The notes beneath the pieces are model-generated. The model made no database searches. It was not told the DNA's origin and saw only the letters and a program-made list of their open reading frames with translations. Shown here piece after piece: positions 10,976 through 18,446 of a stretch of 32,000 bases of DNA; the stretch's first letter is position 1, and each line of letters opens with the position of its first letter. The DNA comes from Pasteurella multocida (GTDB lineage Bacteria > Pseudomonadota > Gammaproteobacteria > Enterobacterales > Pasteurellaceae). A program made the translations under genes and the position numbers. The stretch is taken from NCBI RefSeq assembly GCF_900187275.1, contig NZ_LT906458.1, forward strand, positions 1,920,001 to 1,952,000, written 5' to 3'.

Positions 10976-11551
10976 TTGAAAATTTTTGGTGCGATGTATG
11001 ATAAAACGATGGCTTGGTCAAAGCATCGTTATGCCACATTTTTTTTAGCGTTGACGAGTTTTATTGAGGCGATTTTTTTCCCGATTCCGCCGGATGTGAT
11101 GTTGATTCCCATGTCAATGTCTCAACCACAACGTGCCTTGAAACTGGCGTTTTATACGGCAGTTGCTTCTGTATTAGGTGGTGTGATTGGTTATGGTTTA
11201 GGCTATTATGCTGTTGATTTTGTGCAATATTATGTCCAGCAATTTGGTTACCAACAACATTGGGAAACTGCGATTTCATGGTTTGAGAAATGGGGTATCT
11301 TAGTGGTTTTTGTGGCAGGTTTTTCGCCGATTCCTTATAAGGTTTTCACCATTTGTGCAGGCGTGATGCAAATGCTGTTTCTCCCATTTGTGCTGACGGC
11401 ATTTATTTCGCGTGCAGCACGTTTTATTTTGGTAGCAAAACTTGCTGCATGGGGTGGCGAAAAATTTGCGGATAAGTTGCGCCGTTCTATTGAATTGATT
11501 GGTTGGTCTGTCGTGCTGATTGCCGTTATCGCGTATTTAATTTTAAGATAA
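10976..11551 (+). CDS. YqaA/DedA (SNARE-associated) family inner-membrane protein
   Basis: 191 aa with a TTG start 10976 and GAGGAAGG upstream (an alternative ATG is at 10994). Several predicted TM helices. The FFPIPPDVMLIP motif is typical of the DedA/YqaA family. It occupies the slot where enterics carry pcm. Confidence 0.7.
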   Translation: MKIFGAMYDKTMAWSKHRYATFFLALTSFIEAIFFPIPPDVMLIPMSMSQPQRALKLAFYTAVASVLGGVIGYGLGYYAVDFVQYYVQQFGYQQHWETAISWFEKWGILVVFVAGFSPIPYKVFTICAGVMQMLFLPFVLTAFISRAARFILVAKLAAWGGEKFADKLRRSIELIGWSVVLIAVIAYLILR

Positions 11552-11564
11552 GGTAAAGTAAAAA

Positions 11565-11726
11565 ATGAATAAATTACTTTTCTTGTTGTCTATGCTTTTA
11601 GTGTTAAGTGCTTGTACAACAAACATTCAAGATGAAAATGCATTAAGCCCGGGGATCATGGAGGCCGTGGCTGGCACTGGAGCTGTTGAGGGTGGCAGTT
11701 GGTTACCTGAAATAATAAAACATTAA
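11565..11726 (+). CDS. Small putative lipoprotein (53 aa), not in ORF track
   Basis: Hand translation gives MNKLLFLLSMLLVLSACTTNIQDENALSPGIMEAVAGTGAVEGGSWLPEIIKH, ending at TAA 11724-11726. It has the lipobox L-S-A-C. The mature part shares LSPG-[IM]-M ... GG-[ST]-W-x-P-[EQ]-I with the NlpD N-terminus. The RBS is weak (AAGG). Confidence 0.5.
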   Translation: MNKLLFLLSMLLVLSACTTNIQDENALSPGIMEAVAGTGAVEGGSWLPEIIKH

Positions 11727-11763
11727 TTTAAGTATTCAGAGATAAGAAAGAGGAAACTAGCAA

Positions 11764-13155
11764 ATGAAAAAGTCGTTTTTACTGTTGCCAATCAGTGTTG
11801 CCGTATTGGCTGCCTGTAGTTCAAATACGCCTGCGCCGGTAGAGAGTGCAGATGGCAGTTTATCGCCGGGGATGATGCAACCCGTTGATGCATCAAGTGG
11901 TGGCACATGGGAGCCACAAATTCAACAACAAAATACCATGCCAGCGGGAATGGATCAGTCCGTCTATTCTCCTTCTACCTCGCAACCAAGTTTGCCAGTA
12001 AGCCATCAACCAACACCGCCGACATCATCTTCTTTCGATATTCCGCGTAAACCGGTCACCGGCGAACCAGATTACAGCAAAATTGCCAGAGGCTCTTATC
12101 AAGGTGAAAGCTATATGGTGCGTAAGGGCGACAGTATGTATTTGATTTCTTACATTTCCGGTTTAAGTATCAAAGAGATCGCTGCGTTAAATAATCTATC
12201 AGAGCCTTATACTTTAGCGACAGGACAAGTGTTAAAACTGTCGAATAAAGTGTCAACAACCTCTACCATGTCACCTTCAACCGCGGTAGGAGAGGTAGGT
12301 ACAAATGTAAAGCCGACAACACAACATTTTGAGATCCCGCGTAATCCAGCGGATAACCGCCCGGATTATAGCAAGATCGATAAAGGTTTTTATAAAGGGG
12401 AAACTTATACGGTGCGTAAAGGCGATACAATGTACCTCATCGCCTATATTTCAGGCTTAGATGTCAAAGAATTGGCATCATTAAACAATATGTCTGAACC
12501 TTATCGTCTAAGTGTTGGGCAAACCTTACGTGTGTCGAATGGACGTGTGGCAAGCACCTCTTCACAACCTGTGACGGTACCCGTTTCACAACCGAAGAGC
12601 AATGAAGTAACCTATACCCCGGGTCCACATGGTACACAATACGGTTCGGATGGTACTATCATTGGACCAATTAAATCAGGTGTCAGTTCCGCCCCTGTTC
12701 CAGTCCAACCTGAACCAGTGGTTAAGCCTGTTGAAAGCACGTCTGTACCTGTGCCAAGCACGAGCAGTAAACACATGGTTTCGAATGTAACTTGGCAATG
12801 GCCAACCAAAGGCAATATTGTACAAGGCTTTTCAACCGCAGACGGTGGCAATAAAGGGATTGATATTGCTGGTTCACGTGGTCAAGCGGTGAATGCTGCC
12901 GCCGCAGGCAGAGTGGTTTATGCGGGTAATGCATTACGTGGTTATGGCAATTTAATTATCATTAAACACAATGATGACTATTTAAGTGCCTATGCTCACA
13001 ATGAAAGTATTTTAGTTAAAGATCAGCAAGAAGTTCGTGCGGGTCAACAGATTGCCAAAATGGGTAGCTCTGGTACCAATAGTGTCAAACTTCACTTTGA
13101 AATTCGCTATAAAGGCAAATCAGTTGATCCAACCCGTTATTTGCCAAAACGTTAA
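11764..13155 (+). CDS. nlpD: Murein hydrolase activator lipoprotein NlpD/LppB (two LysM modules + degenerate M23/LytM domain)
   Basis: Lipobox LAAC. It carries two LysM-containing repeats (YMVRKGDSMYLISYISGLSIKEIAALNNL and YTVRKGDTMYLIAYISGLDVKELASLNNM). The C-terminal M23 domain reads GNKGIDIAGSRGQAVNAAAAGRVVYAG...GYGNLIIIKHNDDYLSAYAHN...LHFEIRYKGKSVDP. Confidence 0.9.
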   Translation: MKKSFLLLPISVAVLAACSSNTPAPVESADGSLSPGMMQPVDASSGGTWEPQIQQQNTMPAGMDQSVYSPSTSQPSLPVSHQPTPPTSSSFDIPRKPVTGEPDYSKIARGSYQGESYMVRKGDSMYLISYISGLSIKEIAALNNLSEPYTLATGQVLKLSNKVSTTSTMSPSTAVGEVGTNVKPTTQHFEIPRNPADNRPDYSKIDKGFYKGETYTVRKGDTMYLIAYISGLDVKELASLNNMSEPYRLSVGQTLRVSNGRVASTSSQPVTVPVSQPKSNEVTYTPGPHGTQYGSDGTIIGPIKSGVSSAPVPVQPEPVVKPVESTSVPVPSTSSKHMVSNVTWQWPTKGNIVQGFSTADGGNKGIDIAGSRGQAVNAAAAGRVVYAGNALRGYGNLIIIKHNDDYLSAYAHNESILVKDQQEVRAGQQIAKMGSSGTNSVKLHFEIRYKGKSVDPTRYLPKR

Positions 13156-13189
13156 TTCTCTGACGTTTTGACGTCACAATAGTGAAGAA

Positions 13190-13220
13190 CTGCATCGGAT
13201 ATCCGATGCAGTTTTTTTTA
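13190..13220 (+). terminator. Rho-independent terminator of nlpD (hairpin shared with convergent dtd)
   Basis: Perfect palindrome CTGCATCGGATATCCGATGCAG (13190-13211) followed by T8. Confidence 0.85.
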
Positions 13221-13221
13221 T

Positions 13222-13656
13222 TTATATTTCTAACCAGAACGTGACAGGACCATCATTGGTTAGGCTGACTTGCATATCTGCGGCAAATTGCCCACTGAAA
13301 GTTGGAATTTTTTCACCGCACTTTTTGACCACATAGTCGTATAATGCTTCTGCCATATCAGGGCTTGCGCCACGCGAAAAACTTGGACGCAACCCTTTTT
13401 GTGTATCAGCTGCTAGGGTAAATTGTGAAACGACTAATACTTGTCCCTTGACTTGTTGCACATTTAAATTCATTTTGCCTTCTGCATCGCTAAACACACG
13501 ATAATTCAGCACTTTCTCAATCAAGCGATCTGCTTTGACGTGGTCATCGTCTTTTTGCACACCCAGTAGCACCAATAAGCCATGCCCAATTTCGCCTACT
13601 GTTTGCTTATCCACGTCCACTTTCGCTTGGCTGACACGTTGAATTAATGCAATCAT
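13222..13656 (-). CDS. dtd: D-aminoacyl-tRNA deacylase
   Basis: MIALIQRV...LLVLLGV...KMNLNVQQ...[10 protein letters not shown]...GPVTFWLEI closely parallels E. coli Dtd. Confidence 0.95.
   Translation of the reverse strand: MIALIQRVSQAKVDVDKQTVGEIGHGLLVLLGVQKDDDHVKADRLIEKVLNYRVFSDAEGKMNLNVQQVKGQVLVVSQFTLAADTQKGLRPSFSRGASPDMAEALYDYVVKKCGEKIPTFSGQFAADMQVSLTNDGPVTFWLEI
13315..13323 (-). repeat. Uptake signal sequence core (Hin-type USS)
   Basis: Exact ACCGCACTT, inside dtd. Confidence 0.9.
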
Positions 13657-14603
13657 CCTTGTTTCTCCAATCGTTGTTTTTGCTGAGTTATTTCTGTTTT
13701 GAGTGTTTGTTCTGTTTTTTCCATTTTTTGTTGTAACGCGGGATCGTGTGTATCTGCTGCGACAAGCTCTTCAACACGGATTTTACCTTGCGTACATAAG
13801 GTGTAATCGGCAAGCACAGATGCTAATTGTGCACCAATTAAAATGACGACCCAGCTTAATTGAATCCACAATAGCATGATGGGTAAGGTTGCCATTGCAC
13901 CATAAATCAGTTGATAGGACGGGAAGGTGGTGACATACCAAAGGAAAGCTTGTTTCCCTAATGTGAAGAATACGGCTGCGACGAGTGCGCCGATGGCAGA
14001 GTGCATAATTTTGACTTTTTTATTCGGGACGACCGTGTAAATCAAGGTGAAAATTAACCAAGTTAAAAAGAACGGCACAAAACTCAATATTTTTAAACCG
14101 AATGGCAAGGAAATATTTTCATTCAACATAGCAGCAATGTAAGAACTTACACCGATACTTGCCCCAATTAATAATGGACCTAAAGTCAAAATGAGCCAAT
14201 AAATAGCAAATGAAAAAACGAGGGGGCGAATAGTCGTATCATGCCAAATCGAATTGAGCGTACGATCAATGGAGTTAATCAGCATTAATGCCACCACGAC
14301 CAAACTGATCACACCAACTGCGCTCATTTGTTTAGAGTTACTCACGAACTCATCAATATATTGTCCGACCATATCACTGGCTTGTGGTGCAAAGTTATTG
14401 AAAATAAAACCTTTTAATTCATCAGTAACTTCATTAAAAACCGGAAAGGCGGAGAAGACTGAAAAGACGACCATGACTAACGGAACCAAGGCGAGCATAG
14501 TGCTGTAAGTTAAGTAGCCAGCTGCTTGGCTTAATTTGTTTTGTTGAAAACGAAGCCAAAATAATCTTAAAAAAAGTCCAGCGTTTTTTAAAACGTTGTT
14601 CAC
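13653..14603 (-). CDS. yihY: YihY/BrkB-family inner-membrane protein (formerly 'RNase BN')
   Basis: Collinear with E. coli YihY ([36 protein letters not shown]). The track start is TTG 14621. I prefer GTG 14603 because GGAGG lies 6 nt upstream and GTGA overlaps the ychJ stop. The yihY-dtd adjacency is as in E. coli. Confidence 0.85.
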   Translation of the reverse strand: MNNVLKNAGLFLRLFWLRFQQNKLSQAAGYLTYSTMLALVPLVMVVFSVFSAFPVFNEVTDELKGFIFNNFAPQASDMVGQYIDEFVSNSKQMSAVGVISLVVVALMLINSIDRTLNSIWHDTTIRPLVFSFAIYWLILTLGPLLIGASIGVSSYIAAMLNENISLPFGLKILSFVPFFLTWLIFTLIYTVVPNKKVKIMHSAIGALVAAVFFTLGKQAFLWYVTTFPSYQLIYGAMATLPIMLLWIQLSWVVILIGAQLASVLADYTLCTQGKIRVEELVAADTHDPALQQKMEKTEQTLKTEITQQKQRLEKQG

Positions 14604-15073
14604 AGTAAACCTCCACAACAATGTTTAAATTTTTTATTTGAGCCACACAGGCAAGGTTGTTTCATATTCGGTAATGTCACCGTGGGATCGACAAAATACC
14701 AACGTTGTGCAATGTTCACAAATAAAGAGATTTCATGATGCACTTGTGTTTGATTTTGTTGAGCAAAGAAAGCCTTAAATTCGACTTGGCTATGTGTTTT
14801 AGACAGGGAGACATGTTGTAAAATGTCGAGTCCAACCCAAGTTGTCTTGTCCGCCCAGTCTTGTAATGCGGCGACGGGCAACAATGCTTGTTGGTTTGGC
14901 ACAGTAGTTTGCACAATGTAATCAATATTTTTCAAGGCATACGCGGCATAACGGGAACGCATCAATAACATCGCATTAGCAGGAAATTGTTGCTGTTGAT
15001 GATATGGCTGACAACAGGCTTGATAGGGTTGTCCCGATTGACAGGGACAAAGTGCGGTTAATTTTTCAGTCAT
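14600..15073 (-). CDS. ychJ: YchJ-family (UPF0225) protein with SEC-C metal-binding motifs at both ends
   Basis: N-terminal [13 protein letters not shown] and C-terminal [14 protein letters not shown] flank an NTF2-like core, the same architecture as E. coli YchJ. Confidence 0.85.
   Translation of the reverse strand: MTEKLTALCPCQSGQPYQACCQPYHQQQQFPANAMLLMRSRYAAYALKNIDYIVQTTVPNQQALLPVAALQDWADKTTWVGLDILQHVSLSKTHSQVEFKAFFAQQNQTQVHHEISLFVNIAQRWYFVDPTVTLPNMKQPCLCGSNKKFKHCCGGLL
15050..15058 (+). repeat. Uptake signal sequence core (Hin-type USS)
   Basis: Exact AAGTGCGGT, inside the ychJ 5' end. Confidence 0.9.
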
Positions 15074-15166
15074 TTTTACAGAGTCATCGTTATTTCAAGC
15101 TAAACTTATTACCAAGCGCTTTTTATTTGAATAATGTTTTATTCAATCAGTTGAAGCGTTTTATCT

Positions 15167-15799
15167 TTACACTGTGGGGAATAAAGTGATGCCATAATGT
15201 ATCAAGCTAATTGCGATTGCCCACATAATTACCCCAATCACCAAATCCAAAATTCGCCATGTTACTGGTCGTTGGAAAAATCGGCTTAATAAGCGTGCGC
15301 CATAGCCCAAGCTAAAAAACCAAAGAGCCGATACTAACAAGGCACCAACCAGAAAAAACAGCTTCTCGTCAAAAGCAAGTGTGCCGGCAATACCACCAAT
15401 AATGACCACAGTATCTAAATAGACATGTGGATTTAAGAGTGTAATCAGTAGGGTAGCAATGATCGCATGCAAGGTGGTTTGTGGTTGTTTATCCGCTTTT
15501 GCTAATTGTAATGACGCGTTGCCTCGATAAGCAGATAAAAAGGCTTTTAAACCATAAATCAATAAAAAACCACCTCCGACAAAGGCTAAGGCGACAGTTG
15601 CCATAGTGCTTTGGCTGATTAGGGAACCTAATCCCAATACCCCTAAGGAAATTAATACAATATCGCAGAAAAAACAGGTTAAAATCACAGCCAGAATATT
15701 CTGTTTAAGTAATCCCTGTTTTAATACAAAGGCATTTTGCGCCCCAATGGCGATAATCAACCCCGCCGTCACAAAAAAGCCTTGTAAAAGGTGTTCCAT
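15167..15799 (-). CDS. argO: LysE/ArgO-family basic amino-acid exporter
   Basis: I trim the track ORF (15847) to ATG 15799 (MEHLLQGFF...), which has AAGGA 8 nt upstream. GAQNAFVLKQG and LNPHVYLDTVVIIG match E. coli ArgO motifs. The product is 210 aa. Confidence 0.75.
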   Translation of the reverse strand: MEHLLQGFFVTAGLIIAIGAQNAFVLKQGLLKQNILAVILTCFFCDIVLISLGVLGLGSLISQSTMATVALAFVGGGFLLIYGLKAFLSAYRGNASLQLAKADKQPQTTLHAIIATLLITLLNPHVYLDTVVIIGGIAGTLAFDEKLFFLVGALLVSALWFFSLGYGARLLSRFFQRPVTWRILDLVIGVIMWAIAISLIHYGITLFPTV

Positions 15800-15902
15800 A
15801 AAGAATTTCCTTAATAATTCAAACATAAAGTAGTACACTAAACGCAATATTTTCTCTTTGCAAGTGTTTAATTTAACAACTTGTTTACCAGTGAGGTCAA
15901 TG

Positions 15903-16574
15903 ATGAAACCCTATTTAATTGCCCCTTCAATCTTATCTGCGGATTTAGCCCGCTTAGGCGAAGATGTTGAGCAAGTATTAACGTGCGGTGCAGATGTGAT
16001 TCACTTTGATGTAATGGATAATCATTATGTGCCCAATTTAACCTTTGGTCCTGCCATTTGTCAGGCATTACGTCATTATGGTATTACAGCACCGATTGAT
16101 GTGCATTTAATGGTCAAGCCAGTGGATCGTCTTATTCCTGATTTTGCGAAAGCCGGTGCCAACTACATTACTTTTCATCCTGAAGCCACGGAGCATATTG
16201 ATCGTTCTTTACAACTGATTCGGGATTGTGGTTGTAAATCAGGTTTAGTCTTCAATCCAGCCACGCCATTAAGCTATTTAGATTATGTAATGGATAAAGT
16301 GGATGTCATTTTACTTATGTCAGTCAATCCGGGTTTTGGCGGACAATCTTTTATTCCTAGCACCTTAGATAAATTACGCGAAGCTCGTCAGCGTATTGAC
16401 GAAAGTGGTTTTGACATTCGTTTAGAAGTGGACGGTGGCGTAAAAGTTAGCAATATTGCGGATATCGCAAGAGCGGGTGCGGATATGTTTGTGGCGGGAT
16501 CGGCAATTTTTGATCAGCCAGATTACCAAAAAGTGATCGATGAAATGCGTCAACAATTGGCGACAGTAGAATAA
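15903..16574 (+). CDS. rpe: Ribulose-phosphate 3-epimerase
   Basis: The track ORF begins at a TTG (15858). The real start is [22 protein letters not shown] at ATG 15903, with GAGG 5 nt upstream. It is near-identical in pattern to E. coli Rpe ([26 protein letters not shown]). Confidence 0.95.
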   Translation: MKPYLIAPSILSADLARLGEDVEQVLTCGADVIHFDVMDNHYVPNLTFGPAICQALRHYGITAPIDVHLMVKPVDRLIPDFAKAGANYITFHPEATEHIDRSLQLIRDCGCKSGLVFNPATPLSYLDYVMDKVDVILLMSVNPGFGGQSFIPSTLDKLREARQRIDESGFDIRLEVDGGVKVSNIADIARAGADMFVAGSAIFDQPDYQKVIDEMRQQLATVE

Positions 16575-16587
16575 CTAACTTAATAGA

Positions 16588-16596
16588 AAGTGCGGT
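16588..16596 (+). repeat. Uptake signal sequence core (Hin-type USS)
   Basis: Exact AAGTGCGGT, in the rpe-gph spacer. Confidence 0.9.
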
Positions 16597-16602
16597 ATAA
16601 AA

Positions 16603-17277
16603 ATGACACAGTTTAAACTCATTGGTTTTGATCTCGATGGCACCTTAGTCAACAGCTTGCCTGACTTGGCGCTATCGGTAAATTCTGCTTTTGCGGAGTT
16701 TGATTTACCCCAAGCACCAGAAGACTTGGTGCTGACTTGGATTGGTAACGGTGCGGATATTTTAATTGCGCGTGCTCTGGCATGGGCGAAGGCTCAAACG
16801 GGGAAAACCCTGAATGATGAACAAATTAAAGCGCTTAAGCGACGTTTTGGGTTTTATTATGGTGAAAACCTGTGCAACTTGAGTGTACTGTATCCAAATG
16901 TTAAATCCACTTTAGAAACGTTGAAACAAAAAGGCTATCTTTTAGCAGTGGTGACGAATAAGCCAACCAAACATGTGCAACCGGTTTTGCAAGCCTTTGG
17001 TATTGATCACTTATTCAGCGAACTTTTAGGTGGACAATCTCTGCCCGCGATTAAACCTCACCCCGCACCGCTGTATTATTTATGTGGTAAATTTGGTTTA
17101 TACCCAAAACAGGTGCTCTTTGTGGGGGATTCCAAAAATGATATTTTAGCCGCACATACTGCGGGTTGTGCTGTGGTTGGCTTAACCTACGGCTATAACT
17201 ACAATATTCCCATAGCAGAATCCAAACCAGATTGGGTGTTTGATGATTTTGCACAGATTTTGACGATTTTAGAATAA
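16603..17277 (+). CDS. gph: Phosphoglycolate phosphatase (HAD-IA)
   Basis: HAD motifs FDLDGTLV, VTNKP and FVGDSKNDI. Collinear with E. coli Gph. The rpe-gph-trpS order is as in E. coli. Confidence 0.9.
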   Translation: MTQFKLIGFDLDGTLVNSLPDLALSVNSAFAEFDLPQAPEDLVLTWIGNGADILIARALAWAKAQTGKTLNDEQIKALKRRFGFYYGENLCNLSVLYPNVKSTLETLKQKGYLLAVVTNKPTKHVQPVLQAFGIDHLFSELLGGQSLPAIKPHPAPLYYLCGKFGLYPKQVLFVGDSKNDILAAHTAGCAVVGLTYGYNYNIPIAESKPDWVFDDFAQILTILE

Positions 17278-17286
17278 GGAACAACG

Positions 17287-18288
17287 ATGAGTAAACCTGT
17301 TGTATTAAGTGGCGTACAGCCTTCTGGCGAACTGACGATTGGCAATTATCTTGGCGCATTACGCCAATGGGTCAAGATGCAAGATGATTATGAATGCTTA
17401 TTTTGTATTGTTGATTTACACGCTATTACTGTCCGTCAAGATCCTGAAAGCTTACGCAAAGCCACCCTTGATGTGTTAGCGTTATATTTAGCCTGTGGCA
17501 TTGATCCGGAAAAAAGCACTATTTTTATCCAATCCCATGTGCCAGAACATACACAACTGGCTTGGGTGCTTAACTGTTACACCTATTTTGGTGAAATGGG
17601 GCGCATGACCCAATTTAAAGATAAATCGGCGCGCCATGCGGAAAATATCAACGTCGGCTTATTTACTTACCCCGTGTTGATGGCGGCAGATATTTTGTTA
17701 TATCAAGCTAACCAAGTGCCTGTAGGGGAAGACCAAAAACAACATTTGGAAATTACTCGTGATATCGCTAATCGTTTTAACGCACTATATGGCGATTTAT
17801 TTGCGGTACCAGAACCCTTTATTCCTAAAGCAGGCGCGCGCGTGATGTCATTGCTTGAGCCTGAAAAGAAAATGTCGAAATCAGATGAAAACCGCAATAA
17901 CGTGATCGGCTTATTGGAAGATCCGAAAGCTGTCGCGAAGAAAATCAAACGTGCGGTAACTGACTCTGATGAGCCTCCAGTAGTCCGTTATGATGTGCAA
18001 AACAAAGCAGGCGTATCGAACTTGTTAGATATTCTTTCTGGTGTCACTGGTAAATCTATCGCGGAATTAGAAGCGGAGTTTGAAGGCAAAATGTATGGGC
18101 ATTTAAAAGGGACTGTGGCGGATGAAGTCTCCGCGATGCTCACCACCTTACAAGAACGTTTCCACCACTTCCGCAACAACGAAGCACTCCTTAACGACAT
18201 TGCTCGTGAAGGTGCACAAAAAGCACGTGAACGTGCCAAAGCCACCTTAGATGCTGTTTACCAAGCTGTGGGTTTTGTGTCTTTGTAA
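17287..18288 (+). CDS. trpS: Tryptophan--tRNA ligase
   Basis: Class I signatures are present: the [12 protein letters not shown] (HIGH-like) region and KMSKS (KKMSKSD). 333 aa, collinear with E. coli TrpRS. Confidence 0.95.
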   Translation: MSKPVVLSGVQPSGELTIGNYLGALRQWVKMQDDYECLFCIVDLHAITVRQDPESLRKATLDVLALYLACGIDPEKSTIFIQSHVPEHTQLAWVLNCYTYFGEMGRMTQFKDKSARHAENINVGLFTYPVLMAADILLYQANQVPVGEDQKQHLEITRDIANRFNALYGDLFAVPEPFIPKAGARVMSLLEPEKKMSKSDENRNNVIGLLEDPKAVAKKIKRAVTDSDEPPVVRYDVQNKAGVSNLLDILSGVTGKSIAELEAEFEGKMYGHLKGTVADEVSAMLTTLQERFHHFRNNEALLNDIAREGAQKARERAKATLDAVYQAVGFVSL

Positions 18289-18310
18289 TCAATGAGCTAA
18301 TTTTTATCTA

Positions 18311-18337
18311 AACCGCACATCATGTGCGGTTTTTTTA
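18311..18337 (+). terminator. Rho-independent terminator of trpS (degenerate USS inverted pair)
   Basis: ACCGCAC (18312-18318) pairs with GTGCGGT (18324-18330) around the loop ATCAT, followed by T6. Confidence 0.85.
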
Positions 18338-18396
18338 TAAATAAATTGAATGTTATTTATTTACCTCTTGCATTTCTCTTCAGATATGGTTAGATC

Positions 18397-18415
18397 GTTA
18401 ATGATTTTCATTATC
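18397..18415 (+). promoter_or_regulatory. Fur box upstream of the TonB-dependent receptor
   Basis: GTTAATGATTTTCATTATC matches the 19-bp Fur consensus GATAATGATAATCATTATC at 16 of 19 positions by hand alignment. It lies 32 nt upstream of the ATG, downstream of a possible TTGCAT -35 at 18368. Confidence 0.7.
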
Positions 18416-18446
18416 ATTTAATAAAATGTAATTTCATGGAGAACTT

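Noticed and set aside
15127-15146. An AT-only hairpin TTGAATAA-TGTT-TTATTCAA downstream of argO, considered as a terminator or sRNA.
   Set aside because: The all-A/T stem is weak and has no U-run on the argO strand. This is not enough to call.
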